Of a DNA stretch of 64,000 nt, positions 60,201 to 64,000 are shown piece after piece (positions within the stretch are counted from its first letter, which is position 1; the number at the start of each line of letters is the position of its first letter). Position numbers and translations under genes: made by a program. The stretch is taken from assembly GCA_963798485.1 (NCBI GenBank), contig CAWCTR010000004.1:1-64000 (forward strand). Reading direction: 5' to 3'. The notes under the pieces were generated by a model. That model was not told the origin of the DNA. It saw nothing but the letters and a program-made list of their open reading frames with translations, and did no database searches. This DNA is from an uncultured delta proteobacterium (GTDB lineage Bacteria; Desulfobacterota; Desulfomonilia; UBA1062).

Positions 60201-63200
60201 AGACCATAACGGGCTTAAGCCGCCTGGGCACCGACCTGACAAGCCTGAACGTGACGGCCAACACGCCGACCATACCGTCGGGTGGTATTTCCATCGCCGG
60301 TCCACAGAGCTACACCGCCACCTCAGGCACAAGCATTGTCCTGAGCGGCAATGTGTCCAGCAGCGCTTCAGGCGCGATCATCTTCAACAGCCCTGTAGCG
60401 CTCAATACCGATTCCACTGTCTCTTCCACCGATTCGGCCATTACCTTTTCAGGCATCGTGGACGGCACCGTGTACGGTTCCCGTGACCTGACAGTCAGCT
60501 CAGGCGCCGGCCTCAAGAACTTCGCCGGCAAAGTAGGCAGCCTCTTTGCCGTAGGCGACGGCACAGGCGCCAGCATCATCCTGCAGGGAAGCGGACTCAC
60601 GACCTTTTCTGATACGGTAGCGACACGCTCCGGTATTACCGCAGCGGGACCGGTCACCTTCCAGAACGATGTAACCATGGCCAACGGTGATACCGGTTCG
60701 ACCTTTAATGGTATGGTGACTCTCGGAGATCCCACCATAAGCGGTTATGACGGGCTGACCTTCAATGCCGGCCTGACCCTGACCGACGAGCCGGTGACCG
60801 TTATCTCCCACGGCAGCACTATCAGCTTCGGCGGGCCCGTGACCGGAGCCCAGGCATTAACACTCAACTCGCTGGAAGGTGGTTCCGGCACGGTAACCGG
60901 GCTTGACCATATCGGGACAGACCTGACCGGGCTGACTATTACCGGCCAGACCTTGAGTCTCCCTGCCGTCGGCCTTGCCATTTCAGGCCCCATGGACTTC
61001 ACCGCCCCGGGAGGGATTACCCTCAATGGTGCGGTAGGCAGTACGTCTGGGCCTGCCACGGGCACGATAGATTTCAAAAGCCCGGTGACCCTGGCCACCG
61101 GAGCGATCAGTGTTTCAAGCGCCGATGCGGCCATAACCTTTGAAGGAACCATTACCGGGGCGGAGAACCTTACCGTCAATGCCGGCACAGCGGCCAAGGA
61201 TTTCAAGGGCAACCTGAGCAACATCGGCACCGGCACCGGTGCTGCAATCACGCTTTCAGGCAGCGGCACGGCCACCTTTGAAGACACGGTGGGAGCCAAC
61301 TCCGGCATGACCGTTCAGGACGGCGGCAATGTCATTTTCCAGAACAATGTTACTTTGGGTAATGGCGATACCGGCTCCGATTTCGGCACCGGGACTCTGA
61401 CCATCGGTCGGAGCAGCGGAACCACGACCCTGAGCGGTTATGACGGATTGACCTTCGGCGGGCCGGTCGTTCTTACAAACGGTCCGGTCAGCATTGTATC
61501 GAACAGCTCCCCCATCGGGTTTAACGGAACGGTTGACGGGGCCCAGAACCTGACCGTCAACTCCGGAACGTCCACGACCATATTCGATGAGGCTGTCGGC
61601 GGGACGACGCCGATCGGCACCGGTATCGGCGTTTCGCTGACCCTTGCAAGCAGCGGCCTCACTACCGTGGGTAGCACCCTGGCCACGGCCTCGGGCATGA
61701 GTGCCGCAGGTCCGGTTGTTTTCAATGACGATGTTACCCTGGGTGACGGCAATACAGCTTCCACCTTCTCAGGCGCCGTAACCATGGGTAAGGCCGGTGG
61801 GATGACCGTCAGCGGTTATGACGGGATCACCTTCGGCGGTGCGGTCACGCTCGCCGGCGGACAGACCACGGTCGACAGCAACAGTTCGGCACTCACCTTC
61901 AACGCCACGATTCAGGGTGGAGAGCCTTTGGTGGCGAACGCCGGCAGCGCTTCATTGCAGTTTAATGCCGAAATCGGAGGCAGCGGCAACCCCCTGGCCT
62001 CCCTCGTTGCAACCGGCAATACCATCGTTGCGAACAAGGTAACCACTACAGGCACCCAGAGTTATACCGCTACGGGAGGATTGACCCTTGAGGACAACCT
62101 TACAAGCGGCAACAGCGATATCACCATAACCGGCCCTACCACCTTAGGCGGCGATGTGACCATTTCGACCGGCCCCGGGGCAGGGAACATCGACTTTTCC
62201 GGTGTGACCAGCACCATTGATGGCGCCCACAACCTGGTATTGAGCGCCGGAACCGGCGATGTAATCCTTGACGGCGTTGTCGGCGGGATTACGCCCCTGA
62301 CCTCCATCACCATATCCGGTAACAATCTGAGGCTGCCGCTGATTTCGGCTGCCACCCAGACCTATTCGGCCTTGAATGACCTGACACTCAGCCAGAGCCG
62401 TACATCCAGCGGCCCCATGACCTTTAGGGCCGACTCGGACAATGATGGCAACGGTTCATTTATTTTGCTGAACGGGGTGGCGCTGTCTTCCTCAAATCAG
62501 CCCATCACGATTACCGCAGCGGATCTGGACCTGCAGGGGAACAGTTCGATCAGTTCCGGCAGTGGTTTGATTACGATCACTGCAACGAACGACCGCAATA
62601 TCTATCTCGGCGGTACGGATGCGCCCGGCCAGTTGACCATAACAGGCAGCGAGCTCAGCCGTATCGACACCTCGGGCGGGCTCGACCTCAAGACCACCGG
62701 CATAGGGTGGATCAAGGCGAGCGGGATTGCCCCGACCGACAGCCAGAATATAACGGGCGTACTCGGGTTCAAGGCACAGGGGAGTGGCGATGTCAGCTTC
62801 ACCGTCTCGCCGTCGACCTTCAACGCCGTCACGGCGCAGTCGGGCAGCGGCACCATCAATATCGACACAGACCTGACCACAACCGATGACCCGATTACGT
62901 TTGCAACAAAGGGTGCAGTTACCAGTGCTGCCACGGTAAACAGCGGCGGAGGCGCCATTGCCTTCGAAAACACCCTCGAGGTTGACAATCCGCTTACCCT
63001 GACGACAGGCGGCGGAGCCCTCTCATTCGGGGGCAGTGTGAACGGCGCCTCGACACTTGCAATCAACCTAGGCAGCGGCTCCGTGACCGGTCTCGATCAA
63101 TTGCAGAGCGCCTTGACCGGGCTGACCTTGAGCAATACCGGTTCGGTGACACTCCCGGCCATCACTATCAACGGCCCGCAGGTATACAACGGACCGGTAT

Positions 63201-64000
63201 CCATCCATGGCAACCTCACAGGCACCTCCCTGACCTTCAACAACCCGGCGCAGATAACCCAGAATAACCTGGTGCTGAATTCCGGCACCGGTACAATAGC
63301 TTTCAATGACACGTTGAATGCCAATGCAAACAACCTTACCCTGACCGGGGATGAGATCAATTTCGGGGCAGCGGTGAGCGGTACGGGTAACCTGATACTG
63401 CAACCTTTTACGACGGACCTGAATGTGATCGTAGGCGGGAGTGCGTCTACAGCAGATCTCGACTTGACAGCAGCCGATCTTGGCTGGCTCCCGAGCACCC
63501 TGGCCGGACTGACCATAGGCCGCTCAGGCGGCACCGGCACCGTGGCGATCGCCGGCGATACCGATTTCGGCACCATGCCGCTCACATTAAACGGCAATGG
63601 GGGCATCAGCCAGACCGGGACTTTACGTGCCGGCACCCTCACGCTTCGTACGGCAGGTAACTCCATAACCTTAAGCAATACAGGCAATAACCTGGGCGCC
63701 ATAACGATACTCGGCACGCCCACATCGGTTACCATCGCCGACTCCACGGATATCACCCAGGGCTCGGCATGGGTACTCGGCGCTGCCCCGGTAACGCTCA
63801 ATGCCGGCAGCCATGACATTACGTTGCTTCAGCCCGGCAATACCTTCGGGTCCCTTATGCTCACCGGCCATGATGCACAAGTGTATGAGTTCTCGGATAC
63901 CGATCTCGGCACCTCGACCATCAGCCATGATCTGACTGTGGTATCCACAGGCGCCATAAGTACCAGCGGCACCCTCACAGTTACCGGTGCAGGCTATTTC
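54242..64000 (+). CDS. Giant filamentous haemagglutinin-like / two-partner-secretion (TpsA) beta-helical protein, >3250 aa, 3'-truncated by the window edge
   Basis: Manual frame-2 translation gives a signal peptide ending VMA-NP and a TPS domain (IINWQNFSI, AILNRV, ANGKVYLINQNGI), followed by GGFVETSG, LLLDP and Gly/Thr/Asn-rich beta-helix repeats. Spot checks are in frame to base 64000, and the ORF track shows no closed ORF in this frame (3253 codons). Confidence 0.9.
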   Translation, partial: MRNTLANMGQIDSLPKISRIVAYVSALLIFIMFAPLSVMANPSGEQVVAGSASFGRTGNTLTVTQGSERAIINWQNFSIPGGQTTNFVQPGIASAILNRVVSNNPSEIYGTLNANGKVYLINQNGILVGPGGVINTESFIGSTLDVDNNRFMAGGDLSFLGDSAAGIKVLGNIKAIGGDIFLIARDVENSGRISAQGGTVGLGAGSEVLLTASGDERIFIQSGSDTGTLDNSGLIEAAGAELKSAGGNEYALAINNTGVIHATGTETRGGHVWLVADKGTVLSSGEITAHKGDDGGEVGILGEHVGLTGEALVDVSGATNGGTALIGGDLHGENPAVENAQETFVGSNAVIKADAGVMGNGGKVIVWSDDTTRFQGGISAKGGSLSGNGGFVETSGKELLSFSGMVNAGAKDGTEGTLLLDPNNITVDAAGAALISDVAAFTTNPSSDATIAPSTITAVTNTGTAVVLQANNDITVNSSIISNNPAGNGGDLTFQAGRSITLNANINSDNGNVIFKLNDETAQSADRDAGAATFVNNSLVDAGSGNVSITMGTQSTSGSINTGQITANNLTITHNGPTAGADTGQIDLGEVEINTNLNVTANADRNVVNSIGAVTVRGEAAFDVGAGDVTINRTTTDFNILALTHAGNVNIYDANAMRFGTSNISGTLTAVTNGPLASVGALTVGGLATFTANNGGFGYADPYINLSYSNNFQGGIALSVASTGQTGTGGYATINNINAIALGNVTLGGYLQLTAGGNVTQQTGTTITVNGSTSITAGNGTTNYDVTLDGTNNDFGANNTGLYYDYNMLSITNGNNVTIVDKNRLEFGTSTISGNLSVTAGGDIYQYYYPYYDEAPITVGGTATFTVTAANSNLLLGPTQSSYNQGYTGATNSFGGTVTMATSGAGSYSDVQIRNTNANAAVISGLGSGLNNVLFYFDNAAAINLPAMTLNGNLIVDVPNGGITQSGAIVVNNSAGGYGYSTFRANAASDINLSDAGNNFYCVTVRNGRDVTLVDQDAIELYGNSYVFNVQRNLNVTAGGNITDGSTYNYYYYLNVPSGTTTLSAGSGNNITLSNPYDRFNIVAIPAANNVTITPYSNLTLGNCTINGALSLTSSTGGNTLNQSSGTAVTVGSGTTTTFNNFSTVNLPESGNVFGNIATNSSTITIRENDPITQASAWSAGGAVSLTTSNDQAITLDQANYLGNLTITQINSGAGSAGAVYVNETADGNGITQGGAWTVHGTTTLNSGSYSINLNNANNVFGPLQVLGGTGASQSVTIYAKDTATTNAITDVGGTGAWNTGTGTVKLIAYDTTGTTAGGGTINLTNTGNVLGDLYIKAANATITENDSITDGPSAVWDSNSDTGWITTGNTILIVANPTGKSITLDNLSNQLGPVGLGVAGAAGTLNSVMITDNSNLTQASAWTVGAAPVTVDARNHAIDLSTSGNVMGDININTANGVPTSVSIRENDPITQGSAWGLLGVPITLYAENGNSITLTQAANQMGNLTVTGGTVSITENDNITQGGAWTTTGTTTLDPTEHAITLTNTGNVLGPLAIGSSATSVNITENDNITQASAWSLPTTPITLNSQTHDILLTQASNQLGDLTLTGQNVSVTENHTISDGSAWTVPGLTTLTAGTNAVVLDANPASDFGTMKIVSASGADITDANGIIFDTSNVTGTLTVTAAGAITQTGPITADSLRLIGTGYATLTNVNNDVANIAAGFSGGDLAYTDSNDFAVATIGGTSGVNIGAHNVTLTSVGGTVTGLTSVNASSSSLTVHTGTALTLPQMTIAGAQTYTADAGGIDLTAGILSTASGPITFNSPLTLDADLTIQSSNSPITFNSTVAGATHQLIVNAGSSGTVDFQQAVSDLGITSSASTALQLTSGGATFHSTLAANNGLSITGPVVFMDDVTLADGNAGSVFADHVTLGKLGGMSLSGYDGMTFNNGVLLQSGPATINTNDSPLTFQTAGTIHGPYALTLNSGTQTITGLSRLGTDLTSLNVTANTPTIPSGGISIAGPQSYTATSGTSIVLSGNVSSSASGAIIFNSPVALNTDSTVSSTDSAITFSGIVDGTVYGSRDLTVSSGAGLKNFAGKVGSLFAVGDGTGASIILQGSGLTTFSDTVATRSGITAAGPVTFQNDVTMANGDTGSTFNGMVTLGDPTISGYDGLTFNAGLTLTDEPVTVISHGSTISFGGPVTGAQALTLNSLEGGSGTVTGLDHIGTDLTGLTITGQTLSLPAVGLAISGPMDFTAPGGITLNGAVGSTSGPATGTIDFKSPVTLATGAISVSSADAAITFEGTITGAENLTVNAGTAAKDFKGNLSNIGTGTGAAITLSGSGTATFEDTVGANSGMTVQDGGNVIFQNNVTLGNGDTGSDFGTGTLTIGRSSGTTTLSGYDGLTFGGPVVLTNGPVSIVSNSSPIGFNGTVDGAQNLTVNSGTSTTIFDEAVGGTTPIGTGIGVSLTLASSGLTTVGSTLATASGMSAAGPVVFNDDVTLGDGNTASTFSGAVTMGKAGGMTVSGYDGITFGGAVTLAGGQTTVDSNSSALTFNATIQGGEPLVANAGSASLQFNAEIGGSGNPLASLVATGNTIVANKVTTTGTQSYTATGGLTLEDNLTSGNSDITITGPTTLGGDVTISTGPGAGNIDFSGVTSTIDGAHNLVLSAGTGDVILDGVVGGITPLTSITISGNNLRLPLISAATQTYSALNDLTLSQSRTSSGPMTFRADSDNDGNGSFILLNGVALSSSNQPITITAADLDLQGNSSISSGSGLITITATNDRNIYLGGTDAPGQLTITGSELSRIDTSGGLDLKTTGIGWIKASGIAPTDSQNITGVLGFKAQGSGDVSFTVSPSTFNAVTAQSGSGTINIDTDLTTTDDPITFATKGAVTSAATVNSGGGAIAFENTLEVDNPLTLTTGGGALSFGGSVNGASTLAINLGSGSVTGLDQLQSALTGLTLSNTGSVTLPAITINGPQVYNGPVSIHGNLTGTSLTFNNPAQITQNNLVLNSGTGTIAFNDTLNANANNLTLTGDEINFGAAVSGTGNLILQPFTTDLNVIVGGSASTADLDLTAADLGWLPSTLAGLTIGRSGGTGTVAIAGDTDFGTMPLTLNGNGGISQTGTLRAGTLTLRTAGNSITLSNTGNNLGAITILGTPTSVTIADSTDITQGSAWVLGAAPVTLNAGSHDITLLQPGNTFGSLMLTGHDAQVYEFSDTDLGTSTISHDLTVVSTGAISTSGTLTVTGAGYF

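Noticed and set aside
54307-63928. Many minus-strand and off-frame ORFs (e.g. 54595..55923, 442 aa)
   Set aside because: Shadows of the giant plus-strand frame-2 gene.

Overview
Bacterial chromosomal window. Gene content (glpABC, CoA-transferase/thiolase/MaoC lipid cluster, U32 protein) suggests an anaerobe, plausibly a deltaproteobacterium (inference). In order: the end of a DUF2344-type radical-SAM-associated gene, a Cu(I) P1B-ATPase, an NTase-like/TPM/LemA operon, frameshifted pcrA/uvrD, a U32 protein and tRNA-Arg(CCT). Directly behind the tRNA is a 4.26-kb, strongly AT-rich island bounded by a perfect 49-bp direct repeat of the tRNA 3' half, with no integrase. It carries a three-gene operon: a 73-aa protein, an atypical SIR2-like protein, and a 729-aa protein with three Lrp/AsnC-like motifs plus an HExxH...ExxCD metallopeptidase motif. 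This is the best candidate for an undescribed system, probably anti-phage. Next come mutY, a gpgS-like glycosyltransferase, glpABC and two tandem glycine-zipper paralogs. A ~21-kb minus-strand Wzm/Wzt glycan locus follows, with two AsnB-like amidotransferases and several methyltransferases. After it are a lipid/acyl-CoA catabolic operon, a metallophosphoesterase, a phytoene-dehydrogenase-like gene with a frameshifted flavin/2Fe-2S reductase, a Fic gene and a complete 1464-bp IS4-family element (19-bp IRs, 10-bp TSD). The window ends inside a giant (>3250 aa) TPS/filamentous-haemagglutinin-like gene that is absent from the ORF track. All assignments come from motif reading only; no database searches were run.
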